From Candidatus Bathyarchaeota archaeon (GTDB lineage Archaea > Thermoproteota > Bathyarchaeia > Bathyarchaeales > Bathycorpusculaceae): a stretch of DNA of 64,000 nt. Below are positions 19,805-30,551 of this stretch, piece by piece (the stretch's first letter is position 1; the number at the start of each line of letters is the position of its first letter). A model generated the notes under the pieces. The model searched no databases and had not been told where the DNA came from. It saw only the letters and a list, made by a program, of their open reading frames with translations. The stretch is from positions 1 to 64,000 of the forward strand of contig CAVYES010000005.1 in the NCBI GenBank assembly GCA_963767735.1, given 5' to 3'. Position numbers and translations under genes: made by a program.

Positions 19805-20068
19805 ATGGTCAAAGCAAAAAAGCGACAAGTATGCTTTCGAATTGAAGAATCCATAGTTAATGAAATGGAGGACGTTCGAGACAAAACAGGCGTTCCGGTC
19901 AGCACCCAGATAGAGTTACGGTTAAAGGGCTTTACAATAATGAGTATTGCGGTGAAGGGTAAATGGGACAAAGTATGGCGTTGGTATACAAGCTTGGAAA
20001 CAGATGATGAGTTTGCGGATAACGTTGAGAGCGCGGTTGAAAGAATGCGGGAGCTGAGGCTTCATTAA
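19805..20068 (+). CDS. Antitoxin (RHH-like N-terminus, VapB-like)
   Basis: VCFRIEESIVNEMEDV; TAATG overlap with the PIN gene. Confidence 0.65.
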   Translation: MVKAKKRQVCFRIEESIVNEMEDVRDKTGVPVSTQIELRLKGFTIMSIAVKGKWDKVWRWYTSLETDDEFADNVESAVERMRELRLH

Positions 20069-20466
20069 TGGTCTGTTTAGATACAACTTTTTTGATTGAT
20101 CTGCTCCGGAAAAAACCTGAGGCTGAAAAGAAATTAAGCAGTCTCATGAAAAGAAGTGATGGTCCTTGTGTAACTGTCATCTCTGTTGGCGAGCTGTTTT
20201 ATGGAGCCTACAAATCAAAGAATGTTGAAAGGGAAAAAGAAAAAATAACTGATGTTTTAAGTGGCCTTTTGATTCTTGAAATGAATGAATATGGGGCCGA
20301 AAAATTTGGGCAAATTCTTAGCGCTCTGGATCAGACGGGTCAGAAAACTAATGATAGAGACATCTTGATAGCTGCAATCGCTATTTCAAAAGGTGAAAAT
20401 ATAATAGTGACTAGAAACGCCAAAGATTTCTCAAAAATACCAGAGATAGCCGTTGAATCGTACTAG
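20068..20466 (+). CDS. vapC: VapC-family PIN toxin
   Basis: LDTTFLID, VGEL, DILIAAIA and TRNAKDF. Confidence 0.9.
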   Translation: MVCLDTTFLIDLLRKKPEAEKKLSSLMKRSDGPCVTVISVGELFYGAYKSKNVEREKEKITDVLSGLLILEMNEYGAEKFGQILSALDQTGQKTNDRDILIAAIAISKGENIIVTRNAKDFSKIPEIAVESY

Positions 20467-20722
20467 CCCAAACTTCGAATATTTTTTGGGTGACTGCCGG
20501 GGAAAGTATTCGATTCTCGAGGAGAGGCGATGTCTCCAAATAGCTTGTTTCTTCACAAAAAAATCATCCTTTTTTTATCTGTTACGGCAGTTTTGGCAAA
20601 AAAATTTAGTAGGTAAACCAATTGCTCCAATTTTAATTCCATACGTTATGATAGGATGTAACATGTGTAATGCACGCTTAAGCAAAGGAAGTTGGTCTCA
20701 AACACTTTTCATATGCAGCTCG

Positions 20723-21169
20723 CTAGCCTAAATAATCCGAATCGATGCCTTCCTCTCGTGAAACATCTACAAGTCTTCGATCACCCGAAAGAAGCTGCTC
20801 AACGCCTACATTTTTCGCCGAAACTACTTGCAGTGCGTCTGCTTGGTAGATATGGTACTTCTCAACAAGTAACCAAGATTGGGTAAGCAGTTTTGACCTC
20901 ACAGGAGTAACCTTTGCGACTCCAAGTCTAATCAGCTTTGTAGTCTCAGCTATGAATGATTCCCGAGCAGCTGTATAATCTTCACTCTCTAGCCATTTTC
21001 TCCTGTAATAGGTATGAAGTACTGCAAGAACTTCGCCTATATTCCAGACTGAAAAATGTAAACTTGTGGTGCCGCTTAATGCTTCCAAATAAGTATCTTT
21101 GACTTTCTCAGTTCCTTCTTCGAGCACATATCTCTTAACAATTGCACTCGAGTCTAAGTAAAGTTTCAA
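20723..21169 (-). CDS. vapC: VapC-family PIN toxin (second subtype)
   Basis: YLDSSAIVKRY, IGEV, ADALQV and SGDRRL. Confidence 0.88.
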   Translation of the reverse strand: MKLYLDSSAIVKRYVLEEGTEKVKDTYLEALSGTTSLHFSVWNIGEVLAVLHTYYRRKWLESEDYTAARESFIAETTKLIRLGVAKVTPVRSKLLTQSWLLVEKYHIYQADALQVVSAKNVGVEQLLSGDRRLVDVSREEGIDSDYLG

Positions 21170-21435
21170 GTAGCTTCTGCTCTCATTTCGGCAATTGTTT
21201 TTCCAGCGGAAGTTGCGATTTTTGGCTTAACTGGCTTTACCTGCAGATCTCTGATTTTTTTGCCATCCATTTGCGCCAATGCTTCTGACACGGTTTTTTC
21301 GCTGAGTTCCTCTTCAAGGGCTTCTTCCACTGCTTCGCTGATTCCTTTTACCCCTCTCTTTGAGTAAGCAAGGATTTTGAATTCTTCCCAAACATCGGCA
21401 TCAATCATTATGCTTGTCTTTATTTTTCCCGTCAT
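21166..21435 (-). CDS. RHH antitoxin
   Basis: KTSIMIDADVWEEFK...ISEAVEEAL; overlaps the PIN start; probable start MTGK at 21435. Confidence 0.7.
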   Translation of the reverse strand: MTGKIKTSIMIDADVWEEFKILAYSKRGVKGISEAVEEALEEELSEKTVSEALAQMDGKKIRDLQVKPVKPKIATSAGKTIAEMRAEAT

Positions 21436-21602
21436 ACTGTTTACCCTAATTACTGAAAAGAGTAAATACTCCTTAATTAAGCAATATGCCATTTTTTTGT
21501 CAGAGTTGCGTTTTAATTTGGAAGGCGTTACCTAATATAAGAATAATTGAAGTAAAAGAAAGAAAAGTATAGATTAATTTTTGTAATTAAAGAGAATGTT
21601 GA

Positions 21603-21726
21603 TGGCGCCGGGGAAGGGATTCGAACCCCTGCGAGCACGAAGCCCACCAGCTGTCTTGCCTTTCGGTCTTAGCCCTCTTTTCTACAATTCTCGAGGCTGG
21701 CGCGTTAACCACTCCGCCACCCCGGC
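21603..21726 (-). tRNA. tRNA-Ser(CGA) with ~38-nt canonical intron (21652-21689), CCA encoded
   Basis: GCCGGGGTGGCGGAGTGGTTAACGCGCCAGCCT-CGA-G^...AGCTGG, long variable arm, GGTTCGAATCC...GCCA. Confidence 0.9.
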
Positions 21727-22106
21727 GCAGATATAGGATTTGTGTCTGGGTGTAAAAACGTTTTCCAACGGAAACTGCCCACCCCCAGAAAATGAGGGAC
21801 AATATCCTGTGAGGATAAACCAACGCAAAGCGCCCAAGCCAACAGCAATTTCTATCGAACCAACCTTAAGTGAAAGTCGCAATCGCCCAAACCAAAAGTC
21901 GCAACCCAAAATAAGATTCAAACCCTAAACCAAAAAAGCCAAAACTCAAAGAACCCCGTCTGAAAGTCGCAACTTAAAAATTTAAACCGCCACTTTTCAA
22001 AACTCCAATTTTGGAAAGATCCTTAAATCGGAGGTGGTTTCTTATTTTTAATGGTAACGTTTATAACGTCATTTTATATTTGCATAGGGCGCGAAGCTGA
22101 AGTAAA

Positions 22107-23120
22107 ATGGGACATCGTAAAACTCACGCTCCAAAACATGGTTCGCTGGCTTATTTACCTAGGAAACGCGCCAAGAAACCAGTTGCGCGAATCCGCTTTT
22201 GGCCAAAAATAGAATCTGATTCTCCAAGGCTTTTAGGTTTCTCAGCCTACAAAGCAGGCATGACCTACGTCTTCACCATAGAAGACCGTAAACGTTCACC
22301 CCACTTTGGAAAAGAAGTCATGAAAGCCGCAACCATACTGGAAACGCCGCCGATTCTTGTGTGCGGTATGAGAACTTACACCAAAACACCCTACGGGCTC
22401 CAAAACATCTCCGAAGCATGGATGAAAGAGCCGCCGGCAATCCTTGACCGAACTCTGGTTCTTCCAGAAACCTTTAACACAGAAGCAATGCTTGAGAAAA
22501 TCCAGCAAAACCTCGACGTAACATCCACAATCCGAGTTATCGCAGCAACACAGCCATCTCAAACCAGCCTCTCAAAGAAAAAGCCCGAAACATCCGAAAT
22601 CCAAATTGGAGGAGGCACAATTCAGCAGCAATTTGAATATGCCAAGCAGCTTATAGGCAAAACAGTGGCGCCTGAAGAAGTCTTCAAAGACGGACAATAC
22701 ATAGACATCGGAGGAGTCACAGTTGGAAAAGGCTTCCAAGGACCAGTCAAACGTTGGGGAGTAACATGCCTGCAGCATAAAGGAAGAAAAACAAAACGCG
22801 GCATCGCCACCTTAGGTCCATGGAACCCGCACCACTTAATGTATTCCATTCCAAGAGCAGGACAAATGGGTTATCACCAACGCATAGAATTCAACAAACG
22901 CATACTAAAAATCGGCAAGGACGGCAAAGAAGTAACCGTCAAAGGCGGATACATCCGCTATGGCGAAGTAAAAGGACCCTACATACTGATCGAAGGAAGC
23001 ATCCCCGGAACAGAAAAACGCCAAATCCGCTTACGTGTTCCCGCACGCCCGCCCAGAGAGATTCCTGAGGCAGCACCACAAATCACGTATATATCGTTGG
23101 AATCTCCACAAGGAAAATAG
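22107..23120 (+). CDS. rpl3: 50S ribosomal protein uL3
   Basis: PKHGSLAYLPRKRA, YKAGMT, GKGFQGPVKRWG and RAGQMGYHQR. Confidence 0.97.
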   Translation: MGHRKTHAPKHGSLAYLPRKRAKKPVARIRFWPKIESDSPRLLGFSAYKAGMTYVFTIEDRKRSPHFGKEVMKAATILETPPILVCGMRTYTKTPYGLQNISEAWMKEPPAILDRTLVLPETFNTEAMLEKIQQNLDVTSTIRVIAATQPSQTSLSKKKPETSEIQIGGGTIQQQFEYAKQLIGKTVAPEEVFKDGQYIDIGGVTVGKGFQGPVKRWGVTCLQHKGRKTKRGIATLGPWNPHHLMYSIPRAGQMGYHQRIEFNKRILKIGKDGKEVTVKGGYIRYGEVKGPYILIEGSIPGTEKRQIRLRVPARPPREIPEAAPQITYISLESPQGK

Positions 23121-23132
23121 GTTGAAAAGCTA

Positions 23133-23930
23133 ATGGCACCACAAAAAACAGCAGAGATTTTCGATTTAAAAGGCGAATCAACAGGAAAAATAAATCTTCC
23201 TAACATATTCTCAACGCCGCTAAGACCAGACGTGATAAAACGTGCAGTTTTAGCCATACAATCAAGCAGTATTCAACCGCAAGGCAGAGATCCCATGGCT
23301 GGAAAAAGAACCACCGCAGAATCGCGTGGAACAGGCAGCGCAATTGCCAGAGTTCCCCGAATCAAAGGCGGCAGTGGAAGAGCAGCTTTTGCTCCAAGTA
23401 CAGTTAAAGGAAGGCAACCTCACCCGCCAAGAGCGGAAAAGAAAATACTGAAAAGTATACCAAAGAAAGAGGCTAAACTAGCATTATTTTCAGCGATTGC
23501 AGCTACTTCACAAAAAGAAACAGTAGCTTCACGCGGTCACAAGATCGAAAAGGTTCCTCAGATACCCTTGATAGTTGATAACGCTATTGAAGGTTTAACG
23601 AAGGCTAAAGAAGTCGAGGAAACCCTCACAAGCTTAGGTATCCTGCAAGACATTACCCGAGTGCGGGACAGCCGAAAAATCCGTGCAGGCAAAGGCAAGC
23701 ATAGGGGAAGAAAAATGAAGCAAGCCGTTGGACCGCTTATCGTGGTAGTTGAGAATAAAGGCTTAGTGAACGCTGCAAGTAATGTTCCAGGTGTTGACGT
23801 TACCACGGTTGCTAATCTCAATACCGAAATGTTGGCGCCAGGAACTCATCCGGGAAGATTAACTCTATGGACAAATGGTGCCATTGAAAGATTAGATAAA
23901 CTATACGGCAAAGGAGAAAGTGTACAATGA
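23133..23930 (+). CDS. rpl4: 50S ribosomal protein uL4
   Basis: TTAESRGTG.A.ARVPR, RAGKGK.RGR and LAPG.HPGRL. Confidence 0.97.
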   Translation: MAPQKTAEIFDLKGESTGKINLPNIFSTPLRPDVIKRAVLAIQSSSIQPQGRDPMAGKRTTAESRGTGSAIARVPRIKGGSGRAAFAPSTVKGRQPHPPRAEKKILKSIPKKEAKLALFSAIAATSQKETVASRGHKIEKVPQIPLIVDNAIEGLTKAKEVEETLTSLGILQDITRVRDSRKIRAGKGKHRGRKMKQAVGPLIVVVENKGLVNAASNVPGVDVTTVANLNTEMLAPGTHPGRLTLWTNGAIERLDKLYGKGESVQ

Positions 23931-24187
23931 ACAGCAACGAAGTTATATCTTACCCGTTAATGACGGAATCCGCAAGCCTAATGGTTGAACGGGATAACAA
24001 ACTCATATTTGTAGTCAACTTAAAAGCAGGAAAAAGCGACGTGAAACACGCTGTTGAGGAACTTTATGAAGTTAAAGTACGCAAAATAAATCTGCTAATC
24101 ACTCCTCAAGGCGAGAAAAAAGCCTTTGTCAAGCTTACCTCCGAATTCAAGGCTTCAGACGTCGCCATTAAACTTGGAATATTGTAA
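23927..24187 (+). CDS. rpl23: 50S ribosomal protein uL23
   Basis: YPLMTE, NKLIFVV and GEKKAFVKL. Confidence 0.96.
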   Translation: MNSNEVISYPLMTESASLMVERDNKLIFVVNLKAGKSDVKHAVEELYEVKVRKINLLITPQGEKKAFVKLTSEFKASDVAIKLGIL

Positions 24188-24207
24188 ATTAACAGAAGGC
24201 ATGACTT

Positions 24208-24948
24208 ATGGGAAAACGAATTCGTGTTCAAAGACGCGGTCGAGGTGGGATAAACTGGCGGGCTTCAACCCACAAACGAGTTGCTCCTGCAAAGTACCCT
24301 ACAATAGCACCGAAAGAATCTTTCGACGCTTCATTAACTGGGAAAGTGGAGGCTCTTGTACACAATCCTGGCAGCGGCGCGCCCCTGTCACTGGTTAAAT
24401 TTGAAAACGGCTTATCATGTTACACAGTTGTCCCCGAAGGTCTTTTCATAGGACAACAAATTTGCTACGGCGGAAAAGCTCCGGCCGAAATAGGCAATAT
24501 TCTTCCTTTAGGAAAAGTACCTGAAGGAACCATAGTTTGCGATTTGGAGCTTCGTCCAGGCGACGGCGGCAAAATGGCAAAGTCTTCAGGCGCCTACGCT
24601 ACTGTTGTCGGTCACACTCCGCAAGGCACAATGATACGTTTGCCCTCTGGAAGAACAAGATACGTTAATGACTACTGCTTAACAACTGTAGGCGTAGTCT
24701 CCGCAGCTGGAAGAATCGAGAAGCCTTTCCTGAAAGCAGGATCGATGTTCCATTTAATGAAAGCCAAAGGTCACAAGTATCCGCGAGTAAGCGGACGCAA
24801 AATGGTTCCGGCATGCCATCCATACGGTAGCAGCAAACGAAGCTCTCGCAGATGCACAACGACCTCGCATGGTGCTCCTCCAGGACAAAAAGTCGGTTTG
24901 ATTGCTGCGCGTGGTCCCGGACAGAAAAAGAAACGCGCAATCCGCTAA
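24208..24948 (+). CDS. rpl2: 50S ribosomal protein uL2
   Basis: MGKRIRVQRRGRG, ELRPGDGGK and PPGQKVGLIAAR. Confidence 0.96.
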   Translation: MGKRIRVQRRGRGGINWRASTHKRVAPAKYPTIAPKESFDASLTGKVEALVHNPGSGAPLSLVKFENGLSCYTVVPEGLFIGQQICYGGKAPAEIGNILPLGKVPEGTIVCDLELRPGDGGKMAKSSGAYATVVGHTPQGTMIRLPSGRTRYVNDYCLTTVGVVSAAGRIEKPFLKAGSMFHLMKAKGHKYPRVSGRKMVPACHPYGSSKRSSRRCTTTSHGAPPGQKVGLIAARGPGQKKKRAIR

Positions 24949-25001
24949 GAATTGGCAGAAGGTTTATAGCGTTTAATATGAGTTTAAGGTGAAGATGAAA
25001 A

Positions 25002-25406
25002 ATGCCCAAAGAATTTAGTTACCGCGGACACAGCTTGAGCAGTTTGGTAGGCATGTCTATGGATGAATTCATTAATCTGCTTCCTTCACGGCAAAGACGA
25101 AGTTTACAGCGCGGTTTAACACCTGAACAACGCATACTGCTGGAGAAGCTTCGTGAAGCTAAAGAACCCCAAAAACAAGGCAAAGAAGTCAACCTTAAAA
25201 CTCACGTACGCGACCTCATTATTCTGCCAGAAATGGTTGGCATAAAAATCCAGATACACAACGGCAAAGAATTCGTTAACGTCGAGATTAAACCCGAAAT
25301 GATCGGGCATTACCTAGGCGAATTCGCAATAACTAACAAGCCCGTTAGGCATGGAACACCCGGTATCGGCGCATCACGTTCATCAATGTATGTGCCCCTA
25401 AAATAA
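25002..25406 (+). CDS. rps19: 30S ribosomal protein uS19
   Basis: [23 protein letters not shown] and [12 protein letters not shown]. Confidence 0.97.
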   Translation: MPKEFSYRGHSLSSLVGMSMDEFINLLPSRQRRSLQRGLTPEQRILLEKLREAKEPQKQGKEVNLKTHVRDLIILPEMVGIKIQIHNGKEFVNVEIKPEMIGHYLGEFAITNKPVRHGTPGIGASRSSMYVPLK

Positions 25407-25649
25407 AGCATTTTTTTGCTTTTTTTATTTGTTCTAGTGATACTTTCATAACTTAGTTTTGCATCCTCCAAACATCGATCTTAGAATCAATCTTGGGGAT
25501 TTGACTTGTAACCTTTCGCTTTCATAGCTCGGATTCTTCTTGGTTGCAGTTTAGGGCGAGTTTTCGGAAAAAAATCAAAATCATATGAGGGCTCATTCTA
25601 GTAGTGTCGGAATGCAAATACTTCTAGAACATTGTTTTGAAGAATTGGT

Positions 25650-26132
25650 ATGCCAGAAACGTTTAAGGTAAGTTTATTATTCCTGGCAGGCAATACTTCT
25701 TTTTGGTCATTAATGAACTATCTTGTATTAATTGCAACGTTGAACCTCGTCTTACAAATAGCAACCCTGTCGATAGTTATTTCTGGATACATTTTGAAAA
25801 GAAGAATGCGGCTTATTAGACATGGGATTTTTATGCTGGTTGCGGTTGTATTGGAGCTCTTCTCATTCGCACTAGTTATGGGTCCTTCTTTTTTGAGTTT
25901 AGTTGGAAGTGGCTTTGTTCAAAGACCAATATTGCTTTCTACAGTTACAATAGTTCATGCTAGTCTTGGTGCCGTAACATTAGTAACTGGCATTTGGATT
26001 GCAGGTTCGTGGCATCTTCAGACTTCAATAGATAATTGTAAAAAGAGAAAAGGCGTAATGCGGTACTTATTTGTTATTTGGATTCTGACGTTAATTTTCG
26101 GAATCATTCTTTACACGTTGCTTCATTTCTGA
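25650..26132 (+). CDS. Four-helix membrane protein (DUF420-like)
   Basis: Four TM segments with His in RHG and VHAS. Confidence 0.5.
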   Translation: MPETFKVSLLFLAGNTSFWSLMNYLVLIATLNLVLQIATLSIVISGYILKRRMRLIRHGIFMLVAVVLELFSFALVMGPSFLSLVGSGFVQRPILLSTVTIVHASLGAVTLVTGIWIAGSWHLQTSIDNCKKRKGVMRYLFVIWILTLIFGIILYTLLHF

Positions 26133-26250
26133 ATGTTTTTCCACAAAAAGTTGCTGATCTTAAAAAAATCGTTAGTTGCAACAAAATGCATCCAGCGAAT
26201 TGCTTTTGATGCTACCAACCAGATCATTGGTATTTTAAAGTGCATTAAAC

Positions 26251-27162
26251 ATGATGACTACTGTAACTTTAAAAATATCCAGAGATAGTTTCCGTATGGC
26301 AAAAACCTCAGATAATGCTGCTGATGATCCTCATTTCTTTGCATCTAACGTGCATACATGCTCTATTTCTGATTCTGTGGCTCTCAGAATTCATTCGGAT
26401 ACAAAACCGCTAAACTTGAAAATAGCAAACTTGCAGAAAGGTATGATTTTTATGTTTAATGGGGCTGAGGTAGTTGGGGAAGGAACAGGATTTGGAGTAC
26501 CTATTGGAAAATACTCTAATGAAGTATTTTTTTCAGGCTCATCATTCCTCCAAGTTCAAAAGCAGGATAATTTTGTCATTATTCGCAAAGAGTTTTTAAT
26601 GGATCTGATAGAACGGAGCAAATTCCGAAATCTCAAACTTGAAAACGTGAAGTTGCGTGGGATAATGGACTCCTTTTCTTTGCTTTCCCAGAAACATAAG
26701 CGTCTTGCCCAATTCATTCTTCTAGCAAAAGGGTTACTTTTTAAGTTTGGAGTAAAATCGACTTTTGTTAGAACAATGCCAAAAGGTAAAGTTATTGTCA
26801 CTTATACCGTAGATCGAAACCGAATTTTAGTGAAATTGAGCTTTAATGAGTTGGACCGGACTAATCTTCAGAAGGTCTTTATGTTAAACGAGCAAGGAGC
26901 GCATTTCTTCAGGAAATACTCTGATTCAGAAGGGCTTAACTTGTTCGATGAGGAAATAGGCGTTTGGGATGATGTGATGGCCCAATCGGCAAAAATAGCG
27001 GATTCACAAGACAGAATTGGCTTCAGTCTAAAGAATGTTGAAGGAACTGTGTTGCGGCGAGGAAGGGAAGTGATCAAAGGTCATCTAGATTGGATTGGTC
27101 TAGATTATGAACTTAATCCCGAAGATGACCAGTTCGAGTATGAAATTGAAATTTTCGGGTGA
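26251..27162 (+). CDS. Hypothetical protein coupled to a radical SAM gene
   Basis: 303-aa ORF with GTGA overlap to the next gene. Confidence 0.6.
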   Translation: MMTTVTLKISRDSFRMAKTSDNAADDPHFFASNVHTCSISDSVALRIHSDTKPLNLKIANLQKGMIFMFNGAEVVGEGTGFGVPIGKYSNEVFFSGSSFLQVQKQDNFVIIRKEFLMDLIERSKFRNLKLENVKLRGIMDSFSLLSQKHKRLAQFILLAKGLLFKFGVKSTFVRTMPKGKVIVTYTVDRNRILVKLSFNELDRTNLQKVFMLNEQGAHFFRKYSDSEGLNLFDEEIGVWDDVMAQSAKIADSQDRIGFSLKNVEGTVLRRGREVIKGHLDWIGLDYELNPEDDQFEYEIEIFG

Positions 27163-28533
27163 CCTTGATGAAAACCGTGACTCTGGTCTATCCGTACTTC
27201 AAACCTCGTGTTGACACATCAATCTTCAGATTTCCGCCTTTAGGCTTGGGGTATATCGCAGCATATCTAAAACAACAGGGTATTTCTGTTGGAATTGTAG
27301 ATTGCACTTTTCTCGACCAGAAACAGGCTCTCAAAAAAATTGTCGACTCGAAACCACAGATAATTGGAATCCAGTCAATGTATTCGATGAGAAACAAATC
27401 TCTTGAACTAGCCCGCCTACTAAGAGACCATTGTGAATTACTTGTTGCGGGAGGCGCGCTTCCTACGACGCAACCTGAGATGTTTCTCGGGGACTTCGAT
27501 GTTGCTGTTGTTGGAGAAGGAGAACTAACGATGCTTGAGCTCGTCAATCAGTTCGTAAATGGTGGTGATTTGTCTCAAGTAAAAGGTATAGCGTATAAAG
27601 ATAAAGGCACTGGTCAAGTTAAGCGGACCTCTCCGCGGGGGTTGGTAGAGGACTTAGATAGGTTGCCTCCCCCTTCAAGAGATTTATTTGATAATTATTC
27701 TTACAAAAAGTATTACTTTAGAAGATTTGGCTACAAAACTTCAGCTATTATGACTTCCAGGGGTTGTCCCTTTGCATGTGATTTCTGTAGCAGACCGGTC
27801 TTTGGTGATGAATTTAGATCAAGATCAGCATCGAAGGTAGCTGATGAGATAGAAGAGGTAATTTCTTTGGGCTATAATAGAATATGGTTTGCTGATGATT
27901 GTTTTACCTTGAATCGCAAGCGGCTTATTGAAGTTTGTGATGAAATCATCAAACGCGGATTGAAAATTGACTGGGAATGCCTATCAAGGGTTGACACTTT
28001 GGATTCGGATATAGCTGACAAAATGAAACAAGCCGGATGCGTAAGGATGTTTTTTGGAATGGAATCCGGAAATGATTCAATCCTTAAAATCATGAATAAG
28101 CAGGTAACAACAAAGCAAGCATATATTGCCACCCAATTATGCAAGAAAAAAGGCATCAGAGCGGGGAGCATTCTTTATCCCGGGGTACCCTGGCGAAAAC
28201 GACAAAACCATCCTAGATACCGTAAAGTTCGCGTCTTCGCTTCCATTAGATTATCTTTCTTTTACGCTACCTTATCCTATTCCGGGAACACCCTTATTTG
28301 AAAGACTAAGTGGCGAACTGTTGTCCGAGGAATGGGAAGAACCCAAGAATATTCAGATGATAAAGCATAAGTTGCTTTTCGATTCACAGGTAAGTGAGTT
28401 CAAGTTGAAGTTTGCAGTTATTAAGGGTATGATCCAGTTTTACAGTCGAAAATATATGGGTGAAAAAGGCTACGCGCTTATCGGCGGACCAATTGAAGCG
28501 GTAACGGACGCAGTCTATGGACTAATAACATAA
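27159..28533 (+). pseudogene. B12-binding radical SAM protein, split by a +1 G in GGGG at 28163-28166 (possible sequencing error)
   Basis: PPLGLGYIAAYL, GEGE, SRGCPFACDFC and FGMESG; continues as GAFFI.GYPGE in 28126..28533. Confidence 0.8.
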
Positions 28534-28678
28534 TTAATTTCTTTCCTGCTTCAATTTGGAATCAAAAGAGTTACGTATTTCCCGATAAAAACGCAAACAA
28601 CCTGCTACAAAAATCTTATTTTTTAGCGTTCGCCCAGAAGGATTCAATCCCCCGAGACACGTGCGCTCTAACCTCTTA

Positions 28679-28821
28679 GAAGCAGTGCTTATCTCAAGAA
28701 TATTGAATATTCCGCCGCCGGTTCCGTTGCCGCAGATTCCTGAAGCTGGAAAACAGCCAAGCTCTAAGCCTGAAGGAAGAGACTACAGCGCGTAGCTTAA
28801 ACCGCATATAGGAAAAAAGCT
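28679..28821 (+). repeat. 143-bp inverted duplicate of 39091-39233 (3' end and downstream sequence of gene 39117..39545)
   Basis: Read base by base as an exact reverse complement. Confidence 0.9.
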
Positions 28822-29198
28822 GAAGTTTCATCTAACGATTCTTGTATTGTCACCTTTTGCTTGGCTTTGTCGAATGTGTGGTACCATTCTTATCAATTAT
28901 TGACAGACCAAAAACATTTGAAGTCATCGAGAAAAAGTAACATCTCAACAAAAGATAATTGTTGCCGCGATTCTGCAAGAAATTCTGTAATATGAGTGCG
29001 ATTACCCGTGGGGCGGCAAAATTTTCGTTTTATCGGTTCGCAACAAATCTCGTTTACTGTTCTTTCCTGCTTTCTTGAGAGAGATTATTTCGATGGCTTT
29101 TTGCGCTGGAAAAAAGAGGGAGCGCATCTTAGAAGTCCCTATTTTTCTCAGCATATCTTTCAGTTTTTTTAGCGCGCCGCCCACAAAAACAGTTTTTG

Positions 29199-30476
29199 CT
29201 AAGCTAATAATTTGTTGTTTGAACTTTTTTTTCGTTTGAATATTTCAATAGTTAATCTCCAAGCGAAAACTTGGAATACTACTGCGACTATGAACATAGC
29301 AATAAGTCTCCAACTTCGAATATACAGATCCGCATGTGCTAAAAGCGTTATTATTGATGGAGAAACAAGGAAAAAAAGCTGAAAAAAATTAGTTGAAAAA
29401 ACCATAAAAATAAGGGTAGTTATCCATAGAAAGTGAAAGTTGCGGAAATTCAATTTTATAAACGGCAACGCTAAAAGCGCTAATGCAATTATCACAATCA
29501 TGTATGGTTCAGACAACCAAGAAAAAGTAAGGAAAAAGATAAGCATCACACCAATTGCTTTCTGGGTTAAATCATTGAATGTTTGAGGCGGATCACGATA
29601 AACCAAGTAATAACCAAACAGCACCGCAGGTATCCAAATATAACCTAAAAAACCAAGACCTGATGGAAGCGTGACTTGATCTTTAAGGAGTTCAACTATG
29701 TTAAACGGCGTCATGCCACCAGCCCTCATGAAATAGATTGCCGCCTGATTACTTGAGAACGGCGCTGGCCCACCAAGCAGATAAAAGGGTAAAATCCACA
29801 AAAATACAATTATTACAACAGAAATTACAATGTACTGTAACATTTTAGGCCAATCTTTTTTTGGCAAAAAAAGAAGCGGCAAGCCAAGTAGTGGAAAGGA
29901 AATGGGTACTAAAACAGCGCTTAAAGAAAGCAGAACCGCGCTTTTTTTAACCATGTTTTTGCTTAAAAAGTAGAGTGATGCCACACATAAGAGTGCCGTA
30001 AGATTGTCGAATTGCCCCCAGGCAGCGGTTGTTAGCAGTATGAAAGGGTTGAACAGTAAGAAAAGCCATGCGAACTTAATTATTTTTTCTGATGCGCCTT
30101 GCTGCCGTAGTATGTTCTTAACGGTGTAGGCTAAGGCTATATTGGTGACGATAACTGGAATTTTTATTGCAAAGTTGTACAAAAAAATGTTATGTGTAAT
30201 GTTGTAAGATAGCTTGTAAATCGCGCCTAAAAGTAGAGGCCACAGCGGCGGATCACCTATGCTGGGAAATGTTCCGCTTAGGGATGGAACACTGAAAACA
30301 CCTGTGATCATATGAGGCAGATAAGGATTCAGCCCTGAACTGACCTCGTAGCCAGTGACCATAAACACTCTCTCATCCGTGTAATGCCCAAGAAAAATAG
30401 CTAAAGGCACCTGAAGACCAAGACTCAGCAATACAATAAGCTGTTCTCGGTGGAATCTCACTGAAGGTAAATGCAT
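29199..30476 (-). CDS. GT-C fold membrane glycosyltransferase (GT87/PIG-M-like)
   Basis: HYTDE, PPLW, IKIPVI and FNPFILLTTAAWGQFD; multiple TM helices. Confidence 0.7.
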   Translation of the reverse strand: MHLPSVRFHREQLIVLLSLGLQVPLAIFLGHYTDERVFMVTGYEVSSGLNPYLPHMITGVFSVPSLSGTFPSIGDPPLWPLLLGAIYKLSYNITHNIFLYNFAIKIPVIVTNIALAYTVKNILRQQGASEKIIKFAWLFLLFNPFILLTTAAWGQFDNLTALLCVASLYFLSKNMVKKSAVLLSLSAVLVPISFPLLGLPLLFLPKKDWPKMLQYIVISVVIIVFLWILPFYLLGGPAPFSSNQAAIYFMRAGGMTPFNIVELLKDQVTLPSGLGFLGYIWIPAVLFGYYLVYRDPPQTFNDLTQKAIGVMLIFFLTFSWLSEPYMIVIIALALLALPFIKLNFRNFHFLWITTLIFMVFSTNFFQLFFLVSPSIITLLAHADLYIRSWRLIAMFIVAVVFQVFAWRLTIEIFKRKKSSNNKLLA

Positions 30477-30551
30477 AATTTCAGCCTCTTAATAAAAAAC
30501 AGAAGTAAAATAACTTCGTCCTTTTGAATTATGCATTTCTTCAAATTCTTC

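Noticed and set aside
21871-21975. Three AAAGTCGCAA copies upstream of rpl3
   Set aside because: Irregular spacing in low-complexity A/C-rich DNA; no supportable function.
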